Shown here: one piece after another, positions 8,670 to 19,148 of the stretch
How positions within the stretch are numbered: the first letter of the stretch is position 1
Layout of the letters: every line of letters begins with the position of its first letter
Assembly (NCBI GenBank): GCA_903887775.1
Contig: CAISRB010000011.1
Coordinates: 259,664 to 323,663 of the forward strand
Origin: an uncultured Bacteroidales bacterium
GTDB taxonomy: Bacteria > Bacteroidota > Bacteroidia > Bacteroidales > FEN-979
Reading direction: 5' to 3'
DNA length: 64,000 nucleotides
Notes under the pieces: model-generated
Seen by the model: only the letters and a program-made list of their open reading frames with translations
What the model was told of the DNA's origin: nothing
Database searches by the model: none
Translations under genes and position numbers: made by a program

Positions 8670-10004
8670 ATGTTTGAAGGACTAAGTGACAAACTCGAAA
8701 CGGCCTTTAAGGTCCTCAAAGGCCACGGGCATATCACGGAGATTAATGTTGCTGAGACTCTGAAAGATGTCCGTAAAGCCCTGCTTGACGCCGATGTCAG
8801 TTTTAAGATAGCCAAACAATTCACCGACCAGGTCAAAGAAAAGGCCCTTGGTGAGAATGTTCTTACCGCAGTATCTCCCGGTCAGCTTATGGTCAAGATT
8901 GTTCACGATGAACTCGTCGAACTGATGGGAGGCCAGAAAACCGAGATCAATCTGAAAGGCGACCCCGCTGTCTTCCTTATTGCCGGACTTCAGGGGTCAG
9001 GTAAAACGACATTCGCCGCCAAACTGGCAAATTACCTGAAAACGAAGATGGGCAGGACTCCTTTACTCATTGCCGGTGATGTTTACCGTCCGGCCGCTAT
9101 TGACCAGCTTAAAGTTCTGGGTGAACAGGTTGATGTGAAAGTATTTACCGAAGACGACAGCAAAGACCCTGTTAAAATTGCCAGGCATGGTATCTCCTAT
9201 GCAAAGGATTACGGCCATAATGTAGTCATCATTGATACTGCAGGGCGACTGGCAATTGATGAGGCCATGATGGATGAAATATTCAACATCAAACAAGCAG
9301 TTAATCCTCATGAGATCCTTTTCGTTGTCGACTCAATGACCGGCCAGGATGCAGTGAATACGGCGAAAGCCTTCAACGACCGACTTGATTTTGACGGGGT
9401 GGTGCTGACGAAACTTGACGGTGATACACGCGGCGGGGCAGCTCTCAGTATCAAATCGGTGGTTAACAAACCGATAAAATTCGTGGGTATCGGGGAGAAA
9501 ATGGATGCCCTGGATGTGTTCTATCCCGAACGAATGGCCGACCGTATCCTGGGAATGGGCGATATCGTATCCCTTGTCGAAAAAGCCCAGGAACAATTCG
9601 ACGAGGAAGAAGCGAAGAGACTTCAGAAAAAGATTGCCAGGAACCAGTTCAATTTTGATGATTTCCTTGCTCAGATCAAGCAGATCAAGAAGATGGGGAA
9701 TGTGAAAGACCTTCTGGGGATGTTGCCGGGAATGGGTAAAGCCATCCGCGACCTCGAAATCGACGATAATGCCTTCAAAGGTATCGAAGCGATCATTTGT
9801 TCGATGACTCCTTCCGAAAGGGCCGATCCGACTCTTCTGAACGGTGCCAGGCGAAAACGGATTGCAGCAGGGTCGGGCACTACGATACAGGATGTGAATA
9901 AGCTGATCAAGCAATTCGATGATACCCGTAAAATGATGAAAATGGTAACGGCGAACAAAGGCCGTAACATGGCTAATGTCATGCGGAATATGCGCCAAAA
10001 TTAA
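8670..10004 (+). CDS. ffh: Signal recognition particle protein
   Basis: 444 aa. NG domain with [15 protein letters not shown] and TKLDGD motifs, plus a Met-rich M domain. Confidence 0.95.
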   Translation: MFEGLSDKLETAFKVLKGHGHITEINVAETLKDVRKALLDADVSFKIAKQFTDQVKEKALGENVLTAVSPGQLMVKIVHDELVELMGGQKTEINLKGDPAVFLIAGLQGSGKTTFAAKLANYLKTKMGRTPLLIAGDVYRPAAIDQLKVLGEQVDVKVFTEDDSKDPVKIARHGISYAKDYGHNVVIIDTAGRLAIDEAMMDEIFNIKQAVNPHEILFVVDSMTGQDAVNTAKAFNDRLDFDGVVLTKLDGDTRGGAALSIKSVVNKPIKFVGIGEKMDALDVFYPERMADRILGMGDIVSLVEKAQEQFDEEEAKRLQKKIARNQFNFDDFLAQIKQIKKMGNVKDLLGMLPGMGKAIRDLEIDDNAFKGIEAIICSMTPSERADPTLLNGARRKRIAAGSGTTIQDVNKLIKQFDDTRKMMKMVTANKGRNMANVMRNMRQN

Positions 10005-10015
10005 ATTTCCACCCT

Positions 10016-10897
10016 ATGATCCTCCTCGACGGCAGAACATTATCGGAACAGATCAAATCGGAAATCGCCAGGGAAGTTAAAAAGGATTTCCTTGATAAAG
10101 GGAAACCTGCGCCTCACCTCGCCGCTGTGCTGGTAGGAGAAGATCCCGCCAGCCAGACTTATGTTACCAATAAGGAAAAATCCTGCAAAGAGGTCGGTTT
10201 TACATCTTCCGTTTACAGGTACCCCGCAAACTTCAGTGAGAAAAACCTGCTGGAAGTCGTCGATTTTCTGAACAATGACAATGATGTTGACGGTTTTATA
10301 GTTCAGTTGCCCCTTCCGAAGCATATCAGTGAACAGAAGATCATTGAAAGGATTAACCCTATGAAGGATGTAGATGGTTTTCATCCGGTCAACACAGGCC
10401 GCATGATGCTGAACCTTCCTGCTTTTCTTCCTGCAACGCCCCTTGGTATCATGACTTTGCTCGAACGATACAATATTGAAACCGAAGGGAAACATGTCGT
10501 TGTCCTTGGCCGAAGCAACATCGTAGGTACCCCGATCAGCCTGATGCTCTCAAGAAAAGCAAAAACTGCGAATGCCACTGTGACTCTTTGCCATAGCTAC
10601 ACAAAAAACATTAAAAAGTATGCACTTGATGCAGATATTTTAATCGTTGCCATGGGTAAATTAGGATTTGTGACTGCGGATATGGTGAAACAGGATGCAG
10701 TCGTTGTTGATGTGGGAATTCACCGGGTTCCGTCAAAGGATACAAAATCCGGCTTCAGGCTCAAGGGAGATGTACTGTTCGATGAGGTTTCGAAAAAATG
10801 TTCTGCCATAACTCCTGTGCCCGGCGGCGTGGGTTTGATGACCATCGTTTCACTGCTCATGAATACGCTGAAAGCTTCAAAAAAAGAAATCAGATAA
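10016..10897 (+). CDS. folD: Bifunctional methylenetetrahydrofolate dehydrogenase / methenyl-THF cyclohydrolase
   Basis: 293 aa. Motifs [21 protein letters not shown] and [10 protein letters not shown]. Confidence 0.95.
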   Translation: MILLDGRTLSEQIKSEIAREVKKDFLDKGKPAPHLAAVLVGEDPASQTYVTNKEKSCKEVGFTSSVYRYPANFSEKNLLEVVDFLNNDNDVDGFIVQLPLPKHISEQKIIERINPMKDVDGFHPVNTGRMMLNLPAFLPATPLGIMTLLERYNIETEGKHVVVLGRSNIVGTPISLMLSRKAKTANATVTLCHSYTKNIKKYALDADILIVAMGKLGFVTADMVKQDAVVVDVGIHRVPSKDTKSGFRLKGDVLFDEVSKKCSAITPVPGGVGLMTIVSLLMNTLKASKKEIR

Positions 10898-10953
10898 ACC
10901 TTTTGGATAACACTGCTGATAGTTTATTGTCCGAGGGAAAACTCCTTCCCGTA

Positions 10954-11535
10954 ATGGAAGAATTTTACACTCTCCAGGGTGAAGGATTTAATACAGGGCA
11001 GGCAGCGTATTTCATTCGTATCGGAGGATGCGATGTAGGTTGCAGCTGGTGCGACATCAGGGAAAGCTGGGATGCACGGCTGTATCCCCCGGTTAACACA
11101 GATGAGGTTATTGCGAGGGCGGTTCAGTACCCTGCAAAAGCTGTTGTCATTACAGGAGGTGAACCCCTGAACTACAACCTCGGATATCTTTCGCAGGGAC
11201 TTAGAAAACGCGGTATAAAAATCTTTATTGAAACCTCCGGTTCACAGCCTTTAAGCGGAACCCCTGACTGGATATGTCTTTCTCCGAAAAAAAACAGCCC
11301 GCCTCTGGATGATTTTTTTTTAAAGGCTGATGAGCTAAAGGTGATCATCAGGGATGCTGATGATTTCATTTGGGCGGAAGAAAATATGAAAAAGGTGAGG
11401 ATGGGCTGCAGGTTATACCTTCAGCCGGAATGGAGCCAAAGAAATACAACAATGCCTTTGATCATCAGTTATATCAAGCAGAACCCCCGTTGGGTTATCT
11501 CATTGCAAAGCCATAAATACATGAGGATACCGTAA
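10954..11535 (+). CDS. queE: 7-carboxy-7-deazaguanine synthase (radical SAM)
   Basis: MEEFYTLQGEGFNTGQAAYFIRIGGCDVGCSWCD is the QueE N-terminal signature with the CxxxCxxC-type cluster. The track ORF start at 10798 overlaps folD by 100 nt, so the ATG at 10954 (or the in-frame TTG at 10927) is preferred. Confidence 0.85.
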   Translation: MEEFYTLQGEGFNTGQAAYFIRIGGCDVGCSWCDIRESWDARLYPPVNTDEVIARAVQYPAKAVVITGGEPLNYNLGYLSQGLRKRGIKIFIETSGSQPLSGTPDWICLSPKKNSPPLDDFFLKADELKVIIRDADDFIWAEENMKKVRMGCRLYLQPEWSQRNTTMPLIISYIKQNPRWVISLQSHKYMRIP

Positions 11536-11540
11536 AGTGG

Positions 11541-11561
11541 ATGTACAATGTACAATGTACA
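11541..11561. repeat. Heptanucleotide tandem array, 3 units (ATGTACA x3)
   Basis: Read directly. It sits between the queE stop and a TAAATTTG box. Confidence 0.8.
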
Positions 11562-11571
11562 AATGACGAGG

Positions 11572-11579
11572 TAAATTTG
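11572..11579 (+). promoter_or_regulatory. -7 box TAAATTTG for the OmpA-family gene
   Basis: Exact TAnnTTTG. It lies so close to the ATG at 11585 that the ATG at 11594 may be the real start. Confidence 0.4.
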
Positions 11580-11584
11580 GATGT

Positions 11585-13573
11585 ATGACCTACATGGTAA
11601 GATGTACCGAGTACGAAATACGAAGGAATGTCAGCTCCTGCATACTCCTGCTGTGTTTATTATTCCTTGCATGCGCCACTTCAGCCCAGACTCCCGGAAC
11701 CCAGCTATCCACAGTCAATAAAAAAGCTTTGAAGGCTTTCGATGAAGCGATGCAGGCATATCAGAAACGCGATTACCCAAGGGCTATTACAGAAGTCACC
11801 CTGGCTCTGCAGGCCGATTCGTTATTCTGTGAAGCCCTGATCCTTAAAGGCGACCTGTTTTCAGATTTAAAAAAGCCGGCAGAAGCGATCAGCTCTTATA
11901 AAAATGTACTCAGGATAAATCCTTCTTTTTCAAATAACCTTTATTTTATTATTGGCGGACTTGAGTTGTACCTCGGCCGCTATAAGGATTCCGAAGCTGA
12001 CTTTACGATTTACCTTGAAGGCAGGAATGTGCCTGATATAAAACGTAAAAAGGCGGTGGCTCAGCTTGCTAATGCCAGTTTCGGTTCAGTTGCCGTCGAA
12101 CATCCGGTCCCCTTTAATCCCGTAAACCTGGGTGACAGTATAAATACTTCTTTTGATGAATATGTAAATACGATCACCACGGATGAGGCGCTTCTCTATT
12201 TTACCCGCAAAGTTCCAAGAAATGAGAAGAATCAGGACCTGAAAGGGTATGAGGAAGATTTTTATATGGCAGTTAAAGCAGATTCAGCAACATGGAAAAG
12301 GGCGGTAAACCTGGGACCGCCTATCAACACTTCCGGAAACGAAGGGGCGCTTGATATTTCTCCCGACGGACAGTATCTTTTTTTTGCCGGATGCGAGAGG
12401 CCGGATGGCATTGGAAGTTGCGATATTTACTGGTCGAAAAAGAAAGGGGACAGCTGGTCAGAGCCTGAGAATCTTGGTCCTGTCGTGAATTCACCCAGCT
12501 GGGATTCACAGCCCAGCTTTTCTTCGGATGGAAAGACCTTGTATTTCGCGAGTAAACGCGGGGGCGGAAAAGGAAGCTCGGATATCTGGAAAACAGAGCT
12601 CCGGCCAGATCAAAGCTGGACTGAGCCTGTTAACCTGGGAGATTCCATTAATACAGCATTTGAGGAAATGACCCCTTTTATCCATGGTGACGGTCAGACT
12701 CTTTATTTTTCATCGAAGGGCCATCCGGGTATGGGGGGGTATGACTTGTTTTACTCGAGGATGAAGCCCGACAGCAGCTGGGGAACCCCTGTGAATCTCG
12801 GTTACCCTATCAACACTAATTCCGATGAAATAGTACTTGTTGTAAATTCAAAAGGCGATAAAGCCTATATTTCATCCGACAAATTCGGAGGAAAAGGCCG
12901 CCAGGATATTTATGAATTCTCCCTGTATAAGGAAGCCCGCCCCGTGAGTTCAACTTACTTCAAGGGAGTTGTTTCTGACAATGATACGAAGAAAATGCTG
13001 CAGGCCCGTTTCGAACTGACAAACCTCGAAGACGGGAAGACCGTTGCCAGGTCATTCTCGGATCCCGTAAGCGGGGAGTTCATGCTTGTTTTACCTTCCG
13101 ATAAGGATTACGGGCTTAATGTTTCAAAAGACGGTTATCTTTTTTATTCGGAAAACTTCTCGCTGAAAGGCGTGCATGGCATCGATAAACCCTTTATTAA
13201 AAATATAGCCCTGAAACCTGTAAAAGTAGGGGAGGTGGTCATCCTGAGAAATATCTTTTTCGATACCGACAAGTATATCCTGAAACCCGAATCAATGACC
13301 GAGCTTCAGAAGTTGCTTGCACTGATGAAAAAGAACCCAACCATCAAAGTGGAACTCGGGGGCCATACCGACAACGTCGGTACGGCTGCCTATAACGTCG
13401 AACTGTCTAAAAACAGGGCGAAAGCAGTCTGCGATTTTCTTATCCTGAATAGCATTGCTGCAAGCCGTCTCAGCTATGAAGGTTACGGGCTCACCCGTCC
13501 CATCGATACCAACGATACAGAGCAGGGCAGGGCGAATAACCGCAGGACTGAGTTCCGGATCTCGGGATTATAA
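11585..13573 (+). CDS. TPR / TolB-like beta-propeller repeat / OmpA-domain outer-membrane protein
   Basis: 662 aa. Signal peptide, TPR-like N-terminus and repeated LG..INT...E..P.IS.DG..LYF propeller motifs. C-terminal OmpA domain NIFFDTDKYIL...GHTDNVG...YN..LS..RA..V...NRRTEF. Confidence 0.8.
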   Translation: MTYMVRCTEYEIRRNVSSCILLLCLLFLACATSAQTPGTQLSTVNKKALKAFDEAMQAYQKRDYPRAITEVTLALQADSLFCEALILKGDLFSDLKKPAEAISSYKNVLRINPSFSNNLYFIIGGLELYLGRYKDSEADFTIYLEGRNVPDIKRKKAVAQLANASFGSVAVEHPVPFNPVNLGDSINTSFDEYVNTITTDEALLYFTRKVPRNEKNQDLKGYEEDFYMAVKADSATWKRAVNLGPPINTSGNEGALDISPDGQYLFFAGCERPDGIGSCDIYWSKKKGDSWSEPENLGPVVNSPSWDSQPSFSSDGKTLYFASKRGGGKGSSDIWKTELRPDQSWTEPVNLGDSINTAFEEMTPFIHGDGQTLYFSSKGHPGMGGYDLFYSRMKPDSSWGTPVNLGYPINTNSDEIVLVVNSKGDKAYISSDKFGGKGRQDIYEFSLYKEARPVSSTYFKGVVSDNDTKKMLQARFELTNLEDGKTVARSFSDPVSGEFMLVLPSDKDYGLNVSKDGYLFYSENFSLKGVHGIDKPFIKNIALKPVKVGEVVILRNIFFDTDKYILKPESMTELQKLLALMKKNPTIKVELGGHTDNVGTAAYNVELSKNRAKAVCDFLILNSIAASRLSYEGYGLTRPIDTNDTEQGRANNRRTEFRISGL

Positions 13574-13702
13574 GGGAGTGAGCAAAGCGAAACCAGGGAT
13601 GGATCAAATAAAATTTTGTCTTTTGAAAAGCCCGCAGAAGCCCCTGTATTTTGTCCATTGTACATTATTTCTTCAATCCTTTGCGTTCTTCGTTATTATT
13701 TG

Positions 13703-13710
13703 TAAATTTG
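13703..13710 (+). promoter_or_regulatory. -7 box TAAATTTG for thrS
   Basis: Exact TAnnTTTG, 27 nt upstream of the ATG at 13737. Followed by CACCCC. Confidence 0.45.
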
Positions 13711-13736
13711 CACCCCTAATTTGACAGAGGTATTCA

Positions 13737-15680
13737 ATGATCCGAATTACTTTGCCAGACGGTTCCGTAAAAGAACACCCCCAGGGTGTCACCGGGCTGG
13801 AAGTTGCGAAAAGTATTAGCGAAGGACTGGCGCGTAATGTGCTGGCTGCTAAAGTTAATGATGAGGTCTGGGACGCCACCAGGCCCATTACCTCCGATTC
13901 CACACTTAAACTCTTTACCTGGAACGATGCTGAAGGCAAATCCACGATGTGGCATTCCTCGGCTCACCTTATGGCTGAAGCCATCGAACAGCTTTATCCC
14001 GGGGTGAAGTTCGGAATCGGGCCTGATATCGAGAATGGGTTTTATTACGATATTGACTTTGGCGACCGCACGATCTCATCCGAAGACTTTCCTGAAATAG
14101 AAGCTAAGATCCTTGAACTTGCAAGGGGAAAACTGTCATTTATCCGTAAAGATGTTTCAAAGGCTGATGCCATCGCTTACTTCACGAAAAAGGGAGATGA
14201 GTACAAGGTGGAATTGCTGAATGACCTTCCCGACGGACAGATTACCTTTTACGAATCAGGTCGATTCACAGACCTTTGCCGCGGGCCTCATCTTCCTGAT
14301 ACAGGTTTTATCAAAGCTGTAAAGCTGCTTAATATTGCCGGCGCTTACTGGCGTGGTGATGAAACGCGGAAGCAGCTGACACGTATTTACGGCATTACCT
14401 TTCCAAAGCAGAAGGAACTCGATGAACACCTTGCCCTGCTTGAGGAAGCTAAAAAACGGGACCATCGCAAACTAGGAAAGGAACTTGAGCTCTTTACTTT
14501 CTCACAGAAAGTTGGCCTTGGTCTTCCTCTCTGGTTGCCCAGGGGCGCGATGCTTCGTGAGCGCCTTGAACAATTCCTGAAAAAAGTTCAGAAAAAAGCA
14601 GGGTATGAACCGGTAATTTGCCCGCATATTGGTAATGTTGAATTATACAAGACATCCGGACACTATCAGAAATATGGTGAAAGTTCTTTCAGGCCAATTT
14701 CCACTCCGGTCCCGGGTGAAGAGTTCTTCCTGAAACCAATGAACTGCCCTCACCATTGCGAGATATATAAACATGCTCCTCATTCCTACCGGGATTTGCC
14801 GGTAAGACTCGCCGAATTCGGCACAGTGTACCGTTACGAACAGAGCGGGGAACTGCATGGACTTACCAGGGTACGTGGCTTTACCCAGGATGATGCCCAT
14901 ATTTTCTGTACCCCTGAACAGGTTAAAGATGAATTCAAAGGCGTGATGGACATCGTAATGCTCATCTTCAGAGCCCTTGATTTTAAGGAATTTATTGTAC
15001 AAATTTCACTTCGCGATCCGAACAACAAAGAAAAATATATCGGATCTGATGAAAACTGGCAAAAAGCCGAGAGTGCTATCCTGGAAGTTGCTGCTGAATG
15101 TAATCTGAATACCGTCATCGTTCCTGGCGAAGCCGCCTTCTATGGGCCGAAGATGGATTTTATGGTTAAAGATGCCCTTGGAAGGAAATGGCAATTAGGA
15201 ACTATCCAGGTGGATTATAACCTCCCCGAACGATTTGAACTGGAATATATAGGAGCCGACAATCAAAAGCACCGCCCGGTAATGATTCACCGCGCACCTT
15301 TCGGATCGATGGAACGTTTCGTTGCAGTGCTGCTTGAACATACGGCCGGGAATTTTCCTCTTTGGCTTACTCCCGATCAGGCTATCATACTGCCAATCAG
15401 TGAGAAGTATCATGATTATGCAAATAAAGTTTTAAATTTGCTGAATAATTCCGAAATTCGCACGCGGATTGACAGCCGTAACGAAAAGACTGGCAAAAAG
15501 ATACGCGATGCGGAACTTTCAAAGATACCCTTTATGCTGGTAGTCGGAGAACGGGAGGAAATCGAAGGCAGCGTTTCGGTGCGCAGGCATCAACATGGAG
15601 ACCTGGGCCCACAGAAAATTGAGGAATTTATTAATTATATAAAAACTGAAGTCGAAAAGGAATTGGGAGGATTAAGTTAA
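13737..15680 (+). CDS. thrS: Threonine--tRNA ligase
   Basis: 647 aa. TGS domain at the N-terminus, a class II core (FRALDF..., HRAPFGS.ERF) and the anticodon-binding domain. Conserved thrS-infC-rpmI-rplT order. Confidence 0.95.
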   Translation: MIRITLPDGSVKEHPQGVTGLEVAKSISEGLARNVLAAKVNDEVWDATRPITSDSTLKLFTWNDAEGKSTMWHSSAHLMAEAIEQLYPGVKFGIGPDIENGFYYDIDFGDRTISSEDFPEIEAKILELARGKLSFIRKDVSKADAIAYFTKKGDEYKVELLNDLPDGQITFYESGRFTDLCRGPHLPDTGFIKAVKLLNIAGAYWRGDETRKQLTRIYGITFPKQKELDEHLALLEEAKKRDHRKLGKELELFTFSQKVGLGLPLWLPRGAMLRERLEQFLKKVQKKAGYEPVICPHIGNVELYKTSGHYQKYGESSFRPISTPVPGEEFFLKPMNCPHHCEIYKHAPHSYRDLPVRLAEFGTVYRYEQSGELHGLTRVRGFTQDDAHIFCTPEQVKDEFKGVMDIVMLIFRALDFKEFIVQISLRDPNNKEKYIGSDENWQKAESAILEVAAECNLNTVIVPGEAAFYGPKMDFMVKDALGRKWQLGTIQVDYNLPERFELEYIGADNQKHRPVMIHRAPFGSMERFVAVLLEHTAGNFPLWLTPDQAIILPISEKYHDYANKVLNLLNNSEIRTRIDSRNEKTGKKIRDAELSKIPFMLVVGEREEIEGSVSVRRHQHGDLGPQKIEEFINYIKTEVEKELGGLS

Positions 15681-15698
15681 TTTTTTAACCTGACCCCC

Positions 15699-15719
15699 AA
15701 TCCCTAATCCATAATCCCT
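15699..15719. repeat. Heptanucleotide tandem array, 3 units (AATCCCT AATCCAT AATCCCT)
   Basis: Read directly, in the thrS-infC spacer. Confidence 0.8.
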
Positions 15720-15734
15720 AAAAAAGGAGGACCT

Positions 15735-16289
15735 ATAGCAACACCTTATCAACATCCGAGGAGGTATGTAAGACCGCAAAAAAAGGAAGATCTCCACAGC
15801 ATCAACCAAAACATTAAATCGCCCGTAGTGCGGGTGGTTGGAGAGAATATTACCCCTGGTATTTATAACCTCAAAGAAGCGCTCATTATAGCGGAAAATC
15901 TTGGGCTTGACCTGGTTGAGATTTCACCAACCGCCAATCCGCCGGTCTGCAAAGTTGTGGATTATAAGAAATTCCTTTATGAGCTGAAGAAGAAACAAAA
16001 GGAAATGAAAGCCAAAACGGCGAAGATCGTAATTAAAGAGATTCGCCTGGGTCCGAACACCGATGATCACGATTTCAACTTTAAACTGAATCACTCGATC
16101 AAGTTTCTGAAGGATGGTGCAAAAGTGAAAGTAGACGTGTTCTTTAAAGGCCGTTCGATCATTTATAAGGAACAGGGCGAATTGATTCTCCTGAAGTTTG
16201 CGCAGGCGGTTGTCGATTATGGGAAAATTGAACAAATGCCCAGGCTTGAAGGTAAAAGAATGATAATGATCATAGCGCCAAAGAAGTGA
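15735..16289 (+). CDS. infC: Translation initiation factor IF-3, non-canonical ATA start
   Basis: The track ORF starts at GTG 15828, but the conserved IF-3 N-terminal segment (HSINQNIKSPVVRVVGENI) is encoded in-frame upstream. The frame is open from 15708 with no ATG/GTG/TTG/CTG. ATA at 15735 lies 4 nt after AGGAGG (15725-15730). Confidence 0.8.
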   Translation: MATPYQHPRRYVRPQKKEDLHSINQNIKSPVVRVVGENITPGIYNLKEALIIAENLGLDLVEISPTANPPVCKVVDYKKFLYELKKKQKEMKAKTAKIVIKEIRLGPNTDDHDFNFKLNHSIKFLKDGAKVKVDVFFKGRSIIYKEQGELILLKFAQAVVDYGKIEQMPRLEGKRMIMIIAPKK

Positions 16290-16330
16290 TTTAGCCATAA
16301 TGGGTTATAACGTTATTTCGTTCAGCGTTA

Positions 16331-16372
16331 AATCGTAAATCGTAATTTGTAAATTGTAAATCGTAAATATAA
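16331..16372. repeat. Heptanucleotide tandem array, 6 units (AATCGTA AATCGTA ATTTGTA AATTGTA AATCGTA AATATAA)
   Basis: Read directly. It ends 5 nt before the rpmI ATG. Confidence 0.8.
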
Positions 16373-16377
16373 TTGTC

Positions 16378-16572
16378 ATGCCAAAAATGAAGTCAAAATC
16401 CGGTGCAAAAAAACGGTTCACTCTGACCGGTACCGGAAAAATCAAGAGGAAGCATGCTTTCAAAAGCCACATTCTGACTAAAAAGTCGAAGAAACGCAAA
16501 CGCAATCTCACTTATTCAACCGTTGTTGATAAAGCTGATTCAGCGAATGTAAAGGAAATGCTTCAGAGTTAA
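16378..16572 (+). CDS. rpmI: 50S ribosomal protein L35
   Basis: 64 aa. [25 protein letters not shown]. Confidence 0.95.
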   Translation: MPKMKSKSGAKKRFTLTGTGKIKRKHAFKSHILTKKSKKRKRNLTYSTVVDKADSANVKEMLQS

Positions 16573-16642
16573 ATTATGTCGAACTTGTATTCAGCTTTAA
16601 GATCTCATTAACCAGGGGCGCTGATACAAAAAAAGTAAAACA

Positions 16643-16990
16643 ATGCCAAGATCAGTAAATGCAGTTGCCTCAAGGGCCAGAAGGAAAAAAGTCCTGAAAC
16701 AGGCCAAAGGGCAGTTTGGAAGAAGAAAAAATATTCTGACCGTAGCAAAAAACTCGGTTGAGAAGGGATTGGGCTACGCTTATCGCGACCGCCGTACGAA
16801 GAAAAGAAATTTTCGCGGTCTGTGGATCACCCGTATTAATGCCGGTGTGCGCCAGTTTGGATTATCGTACTCGGTTTTCATGGGAAAACTTGCTGAGCAA
16901 AACATTACCCTGAACCGCAAAACACTTGCCGACCTGGCGATGAATCATCCCGATGCTTTTAAAGCAATTGTGGATGAGATCAACAAGTAG
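16643..16990 (+). CDS. rplT: 50S ribosomal protein L20
   Basis: 115 aa. [22 protein letters not shown]...YAYRDRR..KR.FR.LWI.RINA. Confidence 0.95.
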   Translation: MPRSVNAVASRARRKKVLKQAKGQFGRRKNILTVAKNSVEKGLGYAYRDRRTKKRNFRGLWITRINAGVRQFGLSYSVFMGKLAEQNITLNRKTLADLAMNHPDAFKAIVDEINK

Positions 16991-17005
16991 GTAAGCCGCT
17001 TTTTT

Positions 17006-18427
17006 TTAATTCTTATCTCTTTTTCGGTAATAATTCTCGAGAAATTTCTCGATCTGGTCAACGGAAAGCCGCTTGGCGATAATCTCTTTCTGCTCATTCA
17101 GAATGTAGATGACCGGTGTTGATGTAATATCGTATTGCCCATGGTATTCGCCGGTAAGTGTCCTGGGCCCGTCAACGTTGATCCAGCTCAATTTCTTCTT
17201 TTTAATGTAATTCTTCATCTTTATCATCGAGGAGTCGGAACAAACAGCAAAGATTTCGAGATTGTATTTTCCCCGGTTGTTATCATAGAAGTTTTTAAGT
17301 TTGGGAATTTCCTGCTCGCAATGCCCGCATTCGGGATCCCAGAATAGTATCAGCAGGGTTTTTGCATTGATATCATACATTGACACAAGCCGCAGACTTG
17401 TATCCTGCATGATCATATTGGGAGGGCGCTTGCCGATTAGAAGCAACTCCATCTTAGCAGCTTTTTTAATGATCTCCTTTTTCACGGTCTCATTCACCCA
17501 GGGCGTCTGATTCGTAACATAATATTTGTTTACTATATGAACAAAGATCTTGTCAAATCCCATGATCTCGGAGTTTTCGTACTGACGGGTGAAAAACCAG
17601 ATCATATATTTGAACATTTCCGGGTTTATACGTGACTTCTCGATCATAAAATCAGCCTCACAAATTATTGTGTCGGGTGACTGCGGAAGGATTTTGTCGA
17701 AATACTTCACGAGCTTACTGTGAAATACCGGGGTGCGCAACGTACGGTCGTCAGTAAAATCCACATCATCCCAGAAATGATTCCTGTAATACCTGTAAGC
17801 AAAAGCAGAATCCTTGCGCCCATTTGGCAGGAGAGGAGACTCGGGGACTTGCGGTTCCTTCATGATATTGATCATAAAGGCAAGAAATGATCCGGGATAT
17901 TGTTTCACTATATTCAGTTTGTACTGGATAATGAGATGGTTTAGCTTACCTATGCTGTCGGCCAGCAGCCTGGCTGAATCTGCATTCTTTGAATGCTTGT
18001 CCAACTCTTTCTGAATGCGTTGGACAATATCGAATTCCTTCTTGCTGAATGCAAGATATTCATAGAACAGCTTGTTCTCAGGAGAGTTTTTAATGACCAT
18101 CGTATTCAGGGTATTGGCTGCTTCTGCATCCATGCTGAATTCCTTGTCGTTATTGATGATGAAGTCAAAGTAATTTTTATCGCTGATGATAAAAATATAC
18201 ATGCCCCTGGGCAGACCACCAGGGGCAGAAAACGTACACTTTCCTGTTTTATCAAGCTTCACAGTGTCTTTGACATAAGTGCCATTGCCGTAATAATTTG
18301 CAATCAGGCAAGTGCTGTCCTGCAACCCTCTGATGTGGAATTGAACTTTGTATCCCTTCTGGGCTGCTGCAGTGAATAAACAGCTGTATAAAAGCGCAAG
18401 CAAAATAGGTCTGTTAAAATATCCCAT
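17006..18427 (-). CDS. Thioredoxin-like (TlpA/AhpC-type) protein with a long N-terminal domain (DUF5106-like architecture)
   Basis: 473 aa. Signal peptide. C-terminal thioredoxin fold with LILFWDPECGHCEQEIPKL (CxxC). Confidence 0.7.
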   Translation of the reverse strand: MGYFNRPILLALLYSCLFTAAAQKGYKVQFHIRGLQDSTCLIANYYGNGTYVKDTVKLDKTGKCTFSAPGGLPRGMYIFIISDKNYFDFIINNDKEFSMDAEAANTLNTMVIKNSPENKLFYEYLAFSKKEFDIVQRIQKELDKHSKNADSARLLADSIGKLNHLIIQYKLNIVKQYPGSFLAFMINIMKEPQVPESPLLPNGRKDSAFAYRYYRNHFWDDVDFTDDRTLRTPVFHSKLVKYFDKILPQSPDTIICEADFMIEKSRINPEMFKYMIWFFTRQYENSEIMGFDKIFVHIVNKYYVTNQTPWVNETVKKEIIKKAAKMELLLIGKRPPNMIMQDTSLRLVSMYDINAKTLLILFWDPECGHCEQEIPKLKNFYDNNRGKYNLEIFAVCSDSSMIKMKNYIKKKKLSWINVDGPRTLTGEYHGQYDITSTPVIYILNEQKEIIAKRLSVDQIEKFLENYYRKRDKN

Positions 18428-18440
18428 CGGTATTCTTCAA

Positions 18441-19142
18441 TTACTTTTTTGTTTTTTTATTTTTCAGCTCAGTTTCATATGGCCGGAAAAACAGTTTCAC
18501 GTATATTAAGCCGATTGCTTCGTTCATGACTTCCCGAAATCCTTTACTTGAATGCCACCAGTCGACAGCGTTGTAAAACAAATTTGGAAGGGAAATGATC
18601 CCAACCCTTATGGAATCGCCCAAAGCTGATTGGAACAATATTCTGGAACGGGCACCGTGAACACTCGATGTCATCAGGTTAACGGCTTTTATATCAGGCC
18701 TGTGGATTCGCAGCCAGTATTTAAAAGCAAGGCCGGAATTGTAGGTCCGGTCATTCATGATTTCATCTGTTTCGACTACAACCAACCTGGTCGAATCGAA
18801 TCCAAGCTTCTTCAGGGATTCTGCTGCCACCCTGGCGGTGTTTTTATATTCCGACAATAAACCACCCGATTCGATAGGGGTTCCTGTAGTCACGAGCAAA
18901 GAATAATGGCCTTGCCTGAATTCACGGATTGCATCATCGAGGACATAATCGCTTACAAATCCTTCCAACGCCAGTATATCCGTCTTCTCTCGTTCAACAG
19001 GAGATAAAATCGAATACAGGTTCCTGAAAAAGAAAAAACCGGAGATGATAAATATAAGCAGCAATAAGGTCCATCCCCAAAAAGTCAGCCCCCATCTCAA
19101 TTTCCTGCTTAGCAGTATATAATTTTCTCTCGATTTTTCCAT
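18441..19142 (-). CDS. YdcF/ElyC/SanA (DUF218) family membrane-anchored protein
   Basis: 233 aa. N-terminal TM helix followed by a DUF218-like pattern (LLVTTGTP...EY...DRTYNSG...VNLMTSSVHGARSRILF). Confidence 0.55.
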   Translation of the reverse strand: MEKSRENYILLSRKLRWGLTFWGWTLLLLIFIISGFFFFRNLYSILSPVEREKTDILALEGFVSDYVLDDAIREFRQGHYSLLVTTGTPIESGGLLSEYKNTARVAAESLKKLGFDSTRLVVVETDEIMNDRTYNSGLAFKYWLRIHRPDIKAVNLMTSSVHGARSRILFQSALGDSIRVGIISLPNLFYNAVDWWHSSKGFREVMNEAIGLIYVKLFFRPYETELKNKKTKK

Positions 19143-19148
19143 ATGCTG

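Noticed and set aside
9333-9998. 221-aa ORF on the minus strand inside ffh. Similar long antisense ORFs occur at 5952..6494, 7474..7941, 33288..33899, 55707..56210, 60834..61394 and 62774..63031.
   Set aside because: Each lies entirely inside, and antisense to, a gene with unmistakable conserved motifs. The translations are low-complexity with no recognisable domains. These are typical shadow ORFs.
8611-16372. Possibility that the short tandem arrays are degenerate CRISPR or other spacer-repeat arrays
   Set aside because: The units are 7 nt, contiguous and without spacers, and total only 21-42 nt. No cas genes are present.
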